Of a stretch of 64,000 bases of DNA, positions 13,401 to 28,760 are shown piece by piece (the first letter of the stretch is position 1; the number at the start of each line of letters is the position of its first letter). This stretch comes from Trichoplax adhaerens. Its lineage: Eukaryota > Animalia > Placozoa. The notes below the pieces were generated by a model. That model ran no database searches and was not told where the DNA came from. It saw only the letters and a list, made by a program, of their open reading frames with translations. The translations under genes and the position numbers were made by a program. The stretch spans positions 2,296,738 to 2,360,737 of the forward strand of contig NW_002060943.1 of the NCBI RefSeq assembly GCF_000150275.1, read 5' to 3'.

Positions 13401-16400
13401 TAGAGCCACAGCAGTCTTAGAGTACAGTAATATCCTAACCTTAAAAGAATTGTTTGGAACTTGTAATAAATTATGAACAGCGAAATCGCCAATCTCAAGT
13501 TTATGTTCAACACAATCATTGGACATATTCCTCTTTGTATAACTATATATAAATCGATATACATATTTTAGTTCGAAATTTAATAAATTAAATAAACTAG
13601 ATTTTTTGTTCAGTTTCTTCGTAAATGGTACGTAGGGGTATTTTATCATTACTATACCAAAAATTTTTGAGTTCGGCACTAGCCACGTTATGATTTCCAT
13701 TAATTTGGACGAGTGACCATCCAGCAGATCCAAATAAAACTTCAACCCGCTTGACTTCAGAAACATTAGCTAAATGACAAATTTGATAACAACTACTTAC
13801 TAATGAGTATCATGCCAGTTTTATAGAACTGTCACAAATTGTATCTCTAAACTAAGTAGTTAATAATTCATATCCAATTACTATGAGAGAGGCTGCTGAT
13901 ACCAGAATACAACTTGCTTTCTTTTAAAGATCTACATTTAAATGAGAGGCAGTTATAGAAGTCCATGTAACGATACATAGACAAGTCAATCTGATGCTTT
14001 CTGATATTGTTTGAGTTCTTGTCAAAGATTACAATATCTAACATCCTTACGTAATCATGAGTCGTAGTTCATCACATGCCATGTCAACATTTTCCTTAAC
14101 TTCTATGATTTCATCTTCTAATTCTTTAATTTGATCAGTTAATCTGATTATTTGGAAAAAAAATATCAGGACTCTACTTTTTACATTGACTATACATGTA
14201 ATACACGTAAACTGTTCGACCAAAATTTAAGATTTTCCCGTTACTAGTAATTTCTCCGTTACCTTGATGCCTTCTCTTCTTCATGTAGTATTAATTGCTG
14301 CCGCGCTAAAAACATAGCTCGTTCTAACTTTCTCATCGTTCGTAATTGATATCTAGTACAATTTCAGTAGGTCAGTTAATTTATTAGTAATTTCATTAAG
14401 CTAAGTGTAGCGAATGATACTACATACTCGAACACAAAACCAAAGGCTATGTAACATACCGGACCGTATTCTGTAATTGCAGTAGAGGAGTGCCAATGTC
14501 TTCGTCTTCATTAAGTTGAAGTTTAAACTTCATCTTTTCTATCAATTCCGACTCTTCCTGATAGTGCAAGATTTTTAATAATTTACTCAGATCATTTCAT
14601 TAACATAGTTTCGTTAAAATTTTGTAAATGGAATATGTTAAGTAATTAATAGCGTCACTTTGCTGTTATCAGCATACGTGTATATATAATTATAATACGT
14701 CATTTACATAAGTGCTTATTTTTATGTTGCTTAGCCTATACAAATTACCTTCTTTTTCGGTTCAACATATAAAACGAAATTCTCCACAATATCAATTAAC
14801 ATTGCATATTGAGCCTATCAAAGGTACAATTCAGAGAACTGACGAAGTAATCCATCTGACATACTAACAATTATAATCAGCCCATAAAGAACGAAAAATT
14901 TGAGAAATACTTTACCGAATTAGTCGATATCTCTAATGATGTATGGTAAATTTTGATGGAATCAACTGCAGGCTCTAATTCTGATTGGTTGGATATGGTA
15001 TACGTTGGCTATAAAAAATTAAAGCTTTAGACATTTCATTGAATCAAATCGAATAATTTTACTATGAGAATATTTTTGTCGGACTTTGAATTCAATTAAC
15101 TCGAAATAAAGTGCAGAAGATAAGCAATTTACCGATTCCATTAGTACATTGCTAGCTTCATCCATATAACTGATATAAGAAAATTGAGCGCTACAACGTG
15201 AAATAATTCGTTGTAATTGCACAATTTCTGGGACTGCAATCTTCGTTTGATCCTGATCTTCATCCTCTTCAGTTACCGCATCCAGATTATCTCCGTCACT
15301 GATTGTTATTTCCAGATCGTCTTCATCATTATCCAGTAAGCTTGTAGATCTCAAGAAACTGCATTAACAAATAAAATTTTCTAATAGTCTGCAAGAAGCG
15401 TGGAGGCCTATATATTGAATAATCGTTCTAATCAATATTGACTAATGTACCTTATTGACTTTCTAGGGGCTCCACGCCGTTTCTCAACATCGTGAACTAC
15501 GTGACCGACACCCTCTGATACAATAGAATCCATGCTGTCAGTACCTCTGGATTGAATCAATGACGGCTTTAACCAAGGTATGTCGTCAGTTTTATAGTAA
15601 CTGCCTCCAACCGTACCAAAATACTATTGAATTATATTACAAAACATAGTTACTGATAGTTGCATCTCTTTGGTGTAACTAGTTATTGAACATATCATAG
15701 CATACCTGTATATTATCAAATAAGGCCGACCATGACGTTTTTAAAAGTAATTTATGTGACCGCCACCGCGGTGTATGAATAAGGCGATATAAGCGGGTAT
15801 TTGCAGCCGAAGTAACAAGGCAACCGTTTGTTTCGGTTCCCTTTAAAATGACTTGAGAATTGACGGCTTCAACTAGCGATGAAATCAAAGGTCTTATTCG
15901 CTACATGAATTCAGCTGGCGTATAGTAGGTCTTAAGGCATTTTATCATGCTACAATGAAGCTATATACATAATATTGGACCAAACGTAAATATCTAGAAA
16001 TATTTTTGCTTACTAAGTATATGTCGTTGATGAACGTCTTCCTCATCTGGTAAAATATTCTTCGTCGTTTGAGCAGTATTATCACTTTTCTAAAATTACG
16101 CAGAGCACCCATTTATAATATATATTTATAAGATGATAATTAATATAAAATCAATTTGTGACGTAATATTAAGCTGTATCTAGAATTAGAGTTCAGAACC
16201 TCATCTTCGCATGTTACTACAAAATTGGATTGATCAGACAATAAATCTTGAAGCATATTGCCGAACGGCTTGGATTCATTTGCAGAAAATGACCTTTGCG
16301 ATTCAGGCTCCGGTACATTCTATCGATATACGATAATTGACACAGTCACATCAAGATCATGTTACAATTAGCAGTAACTAACTTCGGATCTTACTCTAAA

Positions 16401-19400
16401 CTCACCTCAGTGATGACAACAGGTTTGGCAGTACTATGCTTTATTTGTTTTATAAAGTCACTAGACAAATCGTGTTTGAGCGTCTGTGTGATAAATATAA
16501 TTTAGGAATTTCATTATTCTCGTATTTTAGTTTGAGGCAATAATATTCAATGTTAATATCGCGGAAATATTTTCTTAAATCTATAGAAATATCATCGGCA
16601 TTCGATAAAGTTTATGGTAAAATAAGCTCGAGTACGTCTTGTAATTATCATACTTGCGATTTTTTGTTTGCCCAAAATATACTAAGAGCTGTATCCCGAT
16701 TGAATGTTGTCCATGAAGCTTTAAGATCATTTATCTTAATTGTATGCGTATATGGATTTGTATCGTCTTTGCTCGGGGGTATTGCTTTGTTATTGTAGCG
16801 ATATGTTAAGCTGAAGTAAAAATTGAAAATTTAAATTTATATTTATCGTCGTTTACATTTAAAGTGAATTGAGTTCAAGAAGCGAAATAATAAAAGGATG
16901 CTACCTTTTAAGACTTAATAAATGTTCCTCCTTATCAAAATCCACAAAGTCTGGCGACAAATATTCCTATTTATACAGGTTTTACATCCAAAAAATTCAT
17001 GATTTTGTTAGTATTCCGATATACATGATCATATGCATATTGTAATGGGAAGATTTAATTCTACATTGCTTACGGTATCGCTGTTAAGATTTGCGCATAA
17101 CATTATCGTAACGTCGTTGATATCATATCCAGATTCTGACGTGGTCCAAATACTATTTGGACGTCGAATTAAGCCATCTTGGTATGGTATCAAAGCATGT
17201 TGAAACATAATTGATAGGTGACCCCTTGCTGAAGTTGCACGAAAACCCACTTTTCTTGCAAATGATCCGCTGTAAGTTAGCATTAATTTCGGGAAACTAA
17301 CATCTAAATCTAACACGCTGTAAATAGATAGGACATAAGAATGTCATTTATTCATTATCCGATATTATAGCATCATTATTTATTAACTAGGAATTATATG
17401 AGACTAAATGTATTCATTTAACGGTTGGTATCAAGCGAAAACAAGTATATACTTCTTCTTGGTCTGTAGCTATTGTTAAAGGTACAAAAATTAGGTTGTT
17501 AACATTAATCTTACTCGATGTGCTGAACAAAACCCGGTTTGCGAACTCTAACGTTATTATATAGTTTTCCGCGCCTGACAGGACGTGTTATATGATGTAA
17601 TACGACCAACTACAAGCGGTAATAAAGTAGAATCTTTGGTCAATTATATTTGAAAGCTGGATCATTTGGATATATATCTAAATACAACATTTTCTGTATT
17701 ACCTTAAAATGTTCTAACCATCTCAGGCTACTAGCGTACAGGTAACATTCAGGTATGGAGCTCATGGCTTTACCAACCTTAAAAGCATATTAATTATTTT
17801 AATTTAGTTTCCTTTACCTTGATATTTATACGTACATATTAAATTACTAAATACTACCGTATCATTAGCTGCTTTTTCCATAAACTTTAAGGCTAATTTG
17901 ATTTTTAGAGCGCGAGATCTGAAGGCTGCATACGAATCATAAGCCTATATGTTCATCAGCACGAATATAAAAAGAGAATCGTATTAGCTTAATGCAATAT
18001 ACAATATGTTCTCAAATGTCTCGTAAAGCTTTGTAACCTTATCAGATTGATGAGCAGGAATTTTATCAGGTGCGCAAGGCAATACGGAATGATGATCTTT
18101 ACAATCGCCATGACAATTCCATATAAGATCGATTCTATTAATAAGATAGCATTTTTTATGTATAGAATCAACAGTATTCGGCACTAATAATTTTTATGAA
18201 TTTAAGATAACATGCAGCCAAATCGTTCTAGTACTTTTATCAATAATAATATGTCAGTGAGCTTAATAATAATCATGAAATGCGTACCCAGCTTCCATGT
18301 GTGGTACGTTAAGTAAGCAGCAATCATCATATTTAGAAGCAGTCCGAAGTAACAATCTCAATTTACCCATTAAATTGATGTGACCTGAAATGAAATAGCT
18401 CTGTTAGATTTGTGTACCACTAACCTTACAAATAACAGAAGATGTACAGTACGAGTTATCAGTTCTATATAATTAAGAATGACAAATTATAAAATTACCA
18501 TTAAACCAATCTAGATCCGCATTCTTTCCTCTTATTTCCATTCTTTCGCTCTTATCATAGGGATCAAATGATGCATGCCAGAAATAATGTAGCGCACTAG
18601 CGAAAATAGATACTCGGCCATGAAATAGTAAACGCATCTGGTTTGATATAACAAGGTTAATATGTTATCCAATATCGACATATTGTAATTTTATTAAAAT
18701 CTTAAATTTTAGTCTTACTTTGTCCCACCAGGTTAAGCGTGGACTAGGGTCACGGCTGGTCTTAGATAGCAAATCTAAATAGAAGATCAAAGGTTATGTG
18801 GTTAATCGAGCATTATGTAAATCTCTTCCAGGAGAGAAACACGCATTCATAAAAGGTAAAATTCTTTTCAGATATCATACGGTACCAAGAGCTAAGCCAA
18901 CTTGCGCCAATGCAGGGCTAAAACATGGCCCATAAGCAATTTCTAAGTGTTCAACATCTACAATTTGCAATTAGGCAAAATAGAATGACTGTAGAAATAG
19001 AAACATTATATTAATATGAATGTTATAATATTTACCAATCTTTAAGTTATAGTAGTATTTCTGTGGGGGCATCCGGCGTGTTATTTCCATATCATTCCAT
19101 GGTTGGCCAATATGTATGGTACTAGTATAAGTGGCTACAAACCATATATATCTATTTTTAATAATAATTTCTCGCAGCACGGCATATATGACATTACGAC
19201 TGAGTTGACGATACCATACTATGACCACAATTCGACCACTTCACATCTAGTACTATATTTACATGTAGCTAACCTCGATCAGGCGGTATTACTTCTGCGC
19301 CAGCTAGCATCCCGTCAACTTTGAAACCTTTAATATTTATTATTGACTGAGGATAATCTCGAACCGGCATATTTAATATTTTAGATTCAATATGTATTAG

Positions 19401-22400
19401 GCGACACCATAATGTGGAGTAATCAGGATCGGAATCTGGATACGGGCTACGATAGGGTTTTACAAGTAATGATCCCATAATTAAGTAGGAACATGAATAA
19501 AAGGAAATCTACAATCGTTGTAACGGCGTTACATTTTACCTATTCGGATCTAATCGCCTCATGCATGATACAATATTTTCTTTTCCATGCATTGATGGAT
19601 CAGCAAATGCAAATATTCGCAGGTCTTCTCCTTTCCATGAAAATAAATTTCTTCGAAGTGGGCTACCATGTAGTTTCTGTGATAGATATACAGTTAATCA
19701 AGGCTAAATTACTAATGCTATAAAGCAACTATGTATGCAGACCTTCGATCTTTGCAAATAAATTTGTACGTTCTTTTCATGCAAACTTCTGTATAACTCT
19801 TCAATCTTTTTTACTAAAAAATATTAATTATCACAAAAATATATTAAACTGGTAGTAAGAATTAAAATAGTGCAAGTTTTAAATTAAACATTACCGGGAA
19901 TGAATTCTCCTTTGGTTTTGCGGATTTTATCTAGCCTGGCCTCTAATAGCTCCTCACGTTGAGTGCATTGATCCGCCTCATCTAGAAGCAGCTGTTGATT
20001 TAAAGAACTAAATTAATAAACTTATCATTGTAATTATGAGTTGCTATCGTATCATTTACACGCATAATTTTATCTTTTCTCCTCAAAAACTATGCATGAA
20101 TACGCGTATAATAACTATAATTGAGAAATCTTGAATAGATTTGTATGTACCGCGTAGTTCTCTCCAAGTTTAACTTCAAACGGATCATCTTCGCAACTGA
20201 AATTTGCGTTCTAATATCATGTAAATTTGACAAATGATCAGTCAGATTTAAGGTGGGATGGACGTAATGTGTGCGAATTGATAAAGTATCGTTTATCAGA
20301 CCTCAAACTTTATTAGCAAGTCCCAAGGTAATTTTTCAATTGCTCCCGGCTTTTTAGACGGTTTATGAAGGATTCTCAACATTTTTATGATACCTGTGAA
20401 CTAATATTTTATGTAAGACATTACTTAATTTTCAAAAATTTATCAATTGCTTATAATATCAGCCGAAAAACAAAGCTAATGGCGTTGCTGCTAGAAATTA
20501 ATAGCACTCACATCGCTAAAGGCCACACCAAAGTTATACGCAAACGGGAAAAACGCGTTTGCATTGACAACAGACCAACACCTAGATATATGCAGTTAAA
20601 TATATCTAATTAAACAAATACCCCGTTTCACTGCCAACTATAAAAATCTATTTACCAAGATTTGTTAGTAGGATTAGTCAAATTGGGAAGAGTTTGGCGC
20701 AGGCTTTGCATTTCTTGGTCTTCGTGTGTCGATGTCATGCAAACGGTCTATTAAAAATAAAGTACAATATAGTACTATCATAACAGGAAGCTACAGTACC
20801 TATTATGGCAGTAATTTAAAAATCAATTTTAACATACTGTACCTCGAATGAAAATATATCGTTACCATCCAAATTCCAATACAGTGTTTTACTAGATATA
20901 GTGAAATTGTCAGTATTGACAATAATTGACTTTAACGCAGTTGCCTTCCATGTAGTTCTAAAATGAAATAGATTTAAGTTATCAATTGCGGAAGAAAGTA
21001 GAGTATGACTGTAAAGGCACAGTCGGCTATAAATTCGTATTGATAGCAACAGCGAAACTTACGTTGTTCTTTCAGATAATTTCATATTTACAGCTATAAG
21101 GTCTAAAGTTACGAATTTCTTAGATATGGCAGTTGAAGTGTTTGTCTGTACATCATTCTTTGTCGAAGTAGATTCTTTAGTAGATCCTTGTCGATACTCT
21201 GCGAACATCGTACATGTCAAATATTTCGGTTGAAACAGCAAGATCAATACACAACGCAATGGATTATATATATCTACGTTACGAAGTACGTTTATGGTGG
21301 TAATTGATCACTACTGCTGCAATATTATTCTAATGTCTTTTCAAGACCTTTGATTTGCTTGATTGTTGATACTGCATAGGTTATATTGTCTGCGATACAT
21401 CTATGTGTAGTTGGGTCCCAATCCACAATAAATTCTGTTAGGACAATGTTTATATTCTAATTTAAAAAAAATTGGCATTAAAACACGTACGACGCTTGGT
21501 AATTTCCTTAGTACATATCAAGACAACTTACATCGAGATCTTTCGTTACTCTTACAGATGGACAATCTAAAAATCCCATTTTTATAGCATTCGCCATTTC
21601 CCGTTTGAATGTATTATTTTCCTACACCAGTCATGCCAGTTGTAAATCACAAGTGCAACAAATCAAATTTTTAAAACGCAATACCTTATCTTTCTTCGAA
21701 ATAGTAGCACATTTGATTCCGCTTATATTAAATGTTAAAGGTTCAGATGAGTTGTTCAAGAATAATGCATCATCAATTCTAAGCATGATTGGGTTGATAT
21801 CTACAGCATGAAATACAGAAAATCTATACATTAATACAGATTTAATAGTTCGATGAATCCAGTATCTATTAAATCATGACAAATTTAAGAAATATAGAAA
21901 TAAACGGTGATAAAAGAACCATTATTCCATGTATCATACAAGATAAAATCACCAGTAACGGTAAAATGAAATGTACCTTTGTTATAATGGCATAAAAATA
22001 GATTAACATCTGTAATTTTAATATTCATTTCAGCAATTATCTTCTCATCTAGAAAGAAATTAATAGTAATTTACGGTTACTCGTATGTGTTAAATACCAA
22101 CCACGTATGCGAAAAGAGGCTAATAAAAATGATTGTACTTGTCCTATTATTAGGATCGCTCTTTATACGGGTATTGTTAGCTGATTTCGATTTAGGTATG
22201 TATATTTTAGCCATAGTTATAAAGTCTTCGACTGCCTCTGAAAATTCTATGCAAGGTGCTGTAGCTTGACTACTAATTGTAATCGAGTGCAGCTTTCCAC
22301 TATGTATATGTGCGAAGGCCTAAAATATTAATATGTATTGATTAATTGATACTATTAACATATATAATTGGTACTTAAATATGACTATATATATATAAAT

Positions 22401-25400
22401 ATGTCTAATCTCATCGCTCTCAGAGTATAATATAGACAGTGCCGCAGAACTACAGTATTATGATTGCTACTGACTACAATTTTTTAAACCTGAGCCTGAA
22501 GATTCGCAAAAGAGATTACGCGGCCCCAAACGTGCTTCCTACTTTGAGGCAGTACAAAAGTGTTGTTTTTCCGTAATCTTCCGTATAAAATTTCACTATT
22601 TTTGTTAGTCTCTACCAGTAAATTCTCCATACCAAAATCAATCCTTGATGAAAGTGTTAACAACAAGATTGTATGGTTATTAGAAAGCGTATAGAATAGC
22701 ATTTTACAAGAGTTTACAAGGTATAATTTTATTTGCTTAAGTACTTTAAACGGTTTGCTTCCGGCACTTCTGCAACAGTGTTTAATGATCCCATAACAAT
22801 ACGGGTACAGTGAGATGGTTTACTCGTATCAGTACGGAAATCAAATTCAAAGGTAATATCAGCAAGGGTAATATTAACGGTTATTAGTAGTTCTTGTACA
22901 ATTCTTTCTAAGGCAGTTGAACGTGCAGTCCTGCAAAAAAATTGCATTGCAATTTATGTTACAAATGATAATTATCAAGTACTTTCATTCAAAGTTCTCA
23001 CATACTTGATTTCAATTCTATCACTCTGGCTGCTATTCTCGATTTCTTTAACTTCTCTTCTTGGCAATAAATGATGCCAGTACTGTATACTACTTGCAGA
23101 ATATTTAAAAAATATAGTACTTATATCACCACCAACAGCGAGCTTTAGCTTATCATCACAGATTTCAGTTCTAGCGAACGTAGTAAGTCTTTGTAGTACA
23201 CAAATCTCATTCGACATGTTCTCTTGTACTTGAAGGCCTAAAAATCAAAACAAGTTAGTGATAGAAGTATAAAAGAATTTCTAAATATGGCAATGAAGCA
23301 GTAATTGCGAATTAACCATTAAGGCTTAGTGATGCACTAAAAACGGGCAAAGAAAGATTTTTTTCCCATTTATCTTTAGATAGGCGAGCTGAAAATACAT
23401 CTAATGCGACTTGGAGACACCTACAAGAATATATCAGAATTTTAAAAATAAAGTTAGTGACATACAATGATTCTACGAATGTGTAACAGTACATGATAGA
23501 TCTAGCAACCATAGCAAGGAGAGTGGATAGGATAACAGATATCATTACCGCTTGGAAGATTTCGTCGACAATGTGGCATTACTTTGACATATTGATAAGT
23601 CTATTGACTGTAATTAGGAAGCAATTTGTTCTAAATTCAAATACATTTACTACAAAAAATTAAAGCCTAAGTTATGTCAAGAATTGGGCAAAATGACCAA
23701 CCTTTGGAAGTTTACTGTAAAGATTCTGCAAAGGGCTACTTGGATCACTTTCATTATTGACTTCACGATTAGTGGCTAATGGTGCCATTTTAATGAATTA
23801 CAGTATAATTTCCATAAATAGAAAATTAGAAAAAAATATTATTAAAATACATCATGAGTGTTGGGGTGTAATTGTAGCTATAATAGAGTTATATGCAATC
23901 TGTTGACCATTTCACACAAGATACTAGATACGAAATGAATAAATAGATTGCAGTCCTTATAAATGTCATAGGTTGTAATATTTAACAATTCAATCACGTC
24001 TTTATTTCTAATTATTAATAATTTTAATTTCAATACATAGCATAATACCTGTCTGGCTACTTGATCTGGGTGTAGATATTGGTGCCAATAATGATAAAGA
24101 TTCTAAAATAAAAATTATGTTATTACAATATTTTATCAATATATACGTGTGTTACGAACGAAATTTGTATTGCGGGTAATACATTGAAAATGAAGTAAAC
24201 GTATTGATTTCAATTATACTCTAATTTTGTATAAAAATACAAAAGCACATCTAAACAATATTCTAACATACCTTCGGCAACAACTATCTCGATCTTATCT
24301 AGTTTTATTCTTAGTTCCTGCGTTATTGGATAATATAAAGAATTAGTTTTCACTTTAAACCTTGCCTGTATACTGTACTAATCAAATATTCATGATGAAA
24401 TTGAGCAATACATTCCTTAAAAATTAATGTATTTACAATATGTACCAATATTATAAATTATATATGCAAATATGGTACTTACCGCTGAACCTATACCTGC
24501 CATAGGTTCTATTATTAGATCTACGTCAATATGGACCGACATTTCTGCCATTGGCTTCGCAATGTCGTCAACTTTAAACTGAAATTTCATTTATCACCAG
24601 TTTTATCAAGTTGACATAGAAATATTATCAATTAATATGATATTACCATAATTGTGACAAAGCTAGATATTAACAACAATATTGATATGTTTGCAAAAAC
24701 ACAGATAATTCTATATCAAAAGATGTTCACAAGTGTTAAAATGCAACTACTGCATGATGTTATCACTAACATTAGGTGACCATTGCAAGCCTTGCATAGA
24801 ATATAGTTTGGTAACTTGTCGCTTGCTTGATAAGTGCATATTAAGAATGCTAGTCCTATGGTTAGAAGGCGGAAATAGTCTCCGTTAAAACATATATTAT
24901 ATATAATTCTTGAATAAATAGGTCAATTTGTATATTTATTACTAGAATAGAAAATTAACTGAAAAATAAACATCTTTTTCTACACTTTGATTTAACAAGC
25001 ACATTGTCAATGGAATAAAGATAATGCTACCGTCGTCGATCTGCAACTGAAGCGAAGATTTTGATTCCATCAAGGACAACTACTTCCGCATATAAACTCG
25101 GAGAAGCTTCTCTATATATCTTCAAAGTTAATTGTTTAATATCGATGTCTAGACACTACCCAAGACAAAAAATGATCAATAATTAATTAATTAGCTAAAT
25201 ACTGTATTGAATTTTGACACCATAATCATCGTTGTCAGCGTTGTACACAACGATAGTATGAATATTATTATATCAGTGGTAAAATTTAGATGAATTGATA
25301 ACTAATTAAATTATCGTGTATCGTGACTACAAATGAAGGCAAGGATAGTGAGAACGAATCAATTTTGATAATTTGGACGCCTGTATAGGTTTATAACAAG

Positions 25401-27580
25401 CAATAAGCGTAGTAAGGTATGTATGGCACCACTCAATTGCTCCATAATGTAATCCTAACTAGTTAACGAACTGTTACATGTACACAGATAAATTAATTTC
25501 TATTTTACCTTGCTTGTTAAGAGCACTATAAGTCTGGATAATAGTTGTCTTCTCTTTTCTGTAACCACTTTTGTAAAATATAAAATGAATGCACAGTGTG
25601 AGAAAATTCATTGGGATTTAACATTTGAACATGCTACTTGGATTATTGTGACATTGTAATGTTAAGGCAAGGCAGTGTTGATGCTCATACCTTGCATACT
25701 TAATGTACATTGTTTGAACAGGGACTTTTTCAATTTTTTTTTACCCCTGGGGTAAGAAACAATCGAGAAGTCCCTGGTTTCACAATGGCGATGCATTAAC
25801 GTCAGAGTCTATACCCTGAATTTTGAGTCTGTTGGAAAGACTATCATCACACACCAAGGCACTAAAAGTTTGTTGTCAATACTGGCTGTGCCTATATACC
25901 ATACATATTATTATCTAGAACTACTGTAGGCTATTCTATGCGCCACTGTAGTTACCATACATTAGAAGAAGAAGAAGCTGGCATATAACAAACCTTTGGA
26001 TGGCTTGGCTTTATTACTATATTGCTCATTTGTCTCCTTTTCTTGATTGCTTGGTGTTTCATCTTGCTGTATTTTAATATTTTTGATTAAATTGAATTCT
26101 AATTTATCTACTACAATAGAGAACCATCTATGTAATGAATAGATAGATAGATAGAAAAACATTCTTAGAATTCGTTTTAATTGCAATATGAGATAATACA
26201 ATAGAAAAAAGCTGTCGATAATATTGTGTTTGCAAACAGCAAGATTGATGGTTATGAGGCTTATTATAAAGAAATTAAGTTGTGATCCGTTTTATGAAAT
26301 TGGGTAAGGTATGCATCACTCTGCTAGGTATAGGCAGTACATCAAAATAAGCGATAACTAAATACAGTCTACAGTATATGTTATTGTTGCTGATTAAGGT
26401 GACTGTATTGAAAGAAATTGCAATTGACTTTATTTCAAGTTATGATTTAGCAATCTACTGATGACCCAAAAATGGATCGAATTCATTGGAATGTCATGAT
26501 TTTACGAGATTCTTCATTGGTGGCTTGAGTTATACATAAAATGGAAGATTGTGTCAATAATTCAACTTACTTTTTGGAAGTATCTCTACCAAAATTGAAA
26601 TGAAAGCAGATATTTTCAAGAATCTATTGAAAAAGCAATGATACTTTATTAAATGGATTTCTTTGTTGGAGAAAATTTTGTTAGAATAAGATGTTGAGCT
26701 CGTTTGAGTCATGAATGATGATGATTGCATGGATTTATGTCGAAATGAAATCAATAGCGTGTGTTTTTGTTTTTTTAGAGAGAATAGAATGAATTAAATA
26801 TAAGCAAGATGAAGTGAGCTCCAATCCTACTTACTGCTGCTTGTTGGCCATAACCAATGCTTAAATATTTTAATCGAAAGAGGCGACAACCTTTAATAAC
26901 CAGTTTGATGGCAAATTTTCGATAAATATACTGTATCAAACACCATCGTAATAATCTACAATAGAATCAAGCAAATTGAGGTCAACAAGTATCCGAGTAT
27001 GGCAAGATTACCGTCGACATTGTTGCAATATCATTTCATCAAGTGGCATCCTATGAGCAATCACCTAGGGGGCCATTAGGCAATGAATACCAGTGCTATA
27101 CTCTACTGTATCCATTCTCTTAGGGTAAATTACTGTTTTACTCCTATCGAGCTGCCGAGTATGTCCAGCTCATCTCTCTCTAGTCTACAGTATACGCTGT
27201 ACTGTATAATATACTGTATCTCTCTGTCAGGTCTAATCTAGCGCATTTTTTCTACCTCCATCATGTCATTGAATGAAGTCAAAGTAGAATGAATGCAACT
27301 TTTGATACAATTGTACACTCAATGTTGGATAGAGATATGACTTTCTACTCAATGATAGCATGTCTATCTACCATGGAAATTGTAGAATGGATGATGTAGG
27401 CTTTTCAAATTTAAAAATTCAAAGCCAATCCATTGTAATGTTGTGCTAGCATCAGTGAGAAAGTATCAGAAACAACTGGCCTTTGCTATGTCGACTCGAT
27501 CATCCTTTCTGGACCAACCTGAATAATAAGATGACTCCAATGATAATATAGCCAAGATAGAATAATTTACTGTTCAACAT
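10457..27580 (-). CDS. BLTP2: Bridge-like lipid transfer protein family member 2 (KIAA0100/hobbit/Fmp27 homolog), >60 short exons by manual count
   Basis: First exon 27580-27519 MLNSKLFYLGYIIIGVILLFR (N-terminal TM anchor). Recognisable BLTP2 motifs: [93 protein letters not shown]. Last exon ends with TAG at 10457. Confidence 0.93.
25719..25776. mobile_element. 58-bp palindromic CAGGGACT...AGTCCCTG element in a BLTP2 intron
   Basis: Imperfect palindrome centred on ACCCCTGGGGT; same termini as the elements at 38492 and 63297. Confidence 0.65.
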
Positions 27581-27774
27581 GGTTCCTATTTCATCGCCAA
27601 TTTTGGCCAAGGTAAATCATGACCCAAGACGATGGTTGGAGGAGGTTTGGCGTATGAAAATAATCTCGATTTGCTGACGCAATGTGTTTAGCGTTGGATA
27701 AACTCACTACCAAGAGTTCGATTGAATGTTCCACTCATTGGCCATAGTAGAATCCTTCAACTATGGTATACTAC

Positions 27775-28760
27775 ACAGTACAGTCGAGCGTGATGGGTGA
27801 AGCTAGTAAAGGGTCGATTTGGTCAAAACACTCATTCAGGGTTGTGTACACTAAGTACGGTACTGTACTGTACTGTACAAGTGTCATACTGTACTATACT
27901 GTACTACAGTATACAGTATGTGGACTAAGTACTGTACAGTACAGTACGTNNNNNNNNNNNNNNNNNNNNNNNNNNNNNNNNNNNNNNNNNNNNNNNNNNT
28001 TGACCGAATCGAACCTTTCTCAGGTCTACAGTACAGTACAGTTTGTACAATGTCCAATCTACAGTACAGTACAGCACAGTTCGTACAATACTGTATTGTA
28101 CTGTACACTTGTACAGTACTACACTGTATTGTACAGGGTACAGTATACTGTAGTACAGTACAGTACACAGTACTGTAGTCTAGTCCTGTATGAAATTCCA
28201 TCCTACCCACTTGAAAGGTTGGTCTATCCAGGTAAACGGAGGAGTCTATCAGGCTAGGCGTGTGCAAAATGAAATGTCACCCCTCATCCATGCTCTTGAT
28301 TTGTTATTTTGCAATCACTGTGCTCCATATATACACTACATCATAGATCATAACGGTTGAACCGAATCGAACCTTTCTCAGGTCTACAGTACAGTTTGTA
28401 CAGGGTACAGTATAGTACAGTACAGTACACAGTACTGTAGTCCAGTTTGTACAGGGTACAGTATACAGTAGTACAGTACAGTACACAGTACTGTAGTCCA
28501 GTCCTGTATGAAATTCCATCCTACCCACTTGAAAGGTTGGTCTATCCAGGTAAACTAAGGAGTCTATCAGGCTAGGCGTGTGCAAAATGAAATATCACCC
28601 CTCAGCCATGCTCTTGATTTGTTATTTTGCAATCACTGTGCTCCATATACTGTATACAGTACAGTACATCATCGATCATAACGGTTGAACGGAACCGAAC
28701 CTTTCTCAGGTCTATAGTACAGTTTGTACAATGTCCAGTCTACAGTACAGTACAGTCTGT
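27775..28760. repeat. (TACAG)n-rich region with a ~330-360 bp tandem repeat (2 full units + 1 partial) between the BLTP2 and MED31 starts
   Basis: The unit GAACCGAATCGAACCTTTCTCAGGTCTACAG...GAAATTCCATCCTACCCACTTGAAAGG...GCTAGGCGTGTGCAAAATGAAAT recurs at ~28000, ~28358 and partially at ~28686. Includes a 50-N gap. Confidence 0.9.
27950..27999. other. Assembly gap (50 N)
   Basis: Run of N. Confidence 1.
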
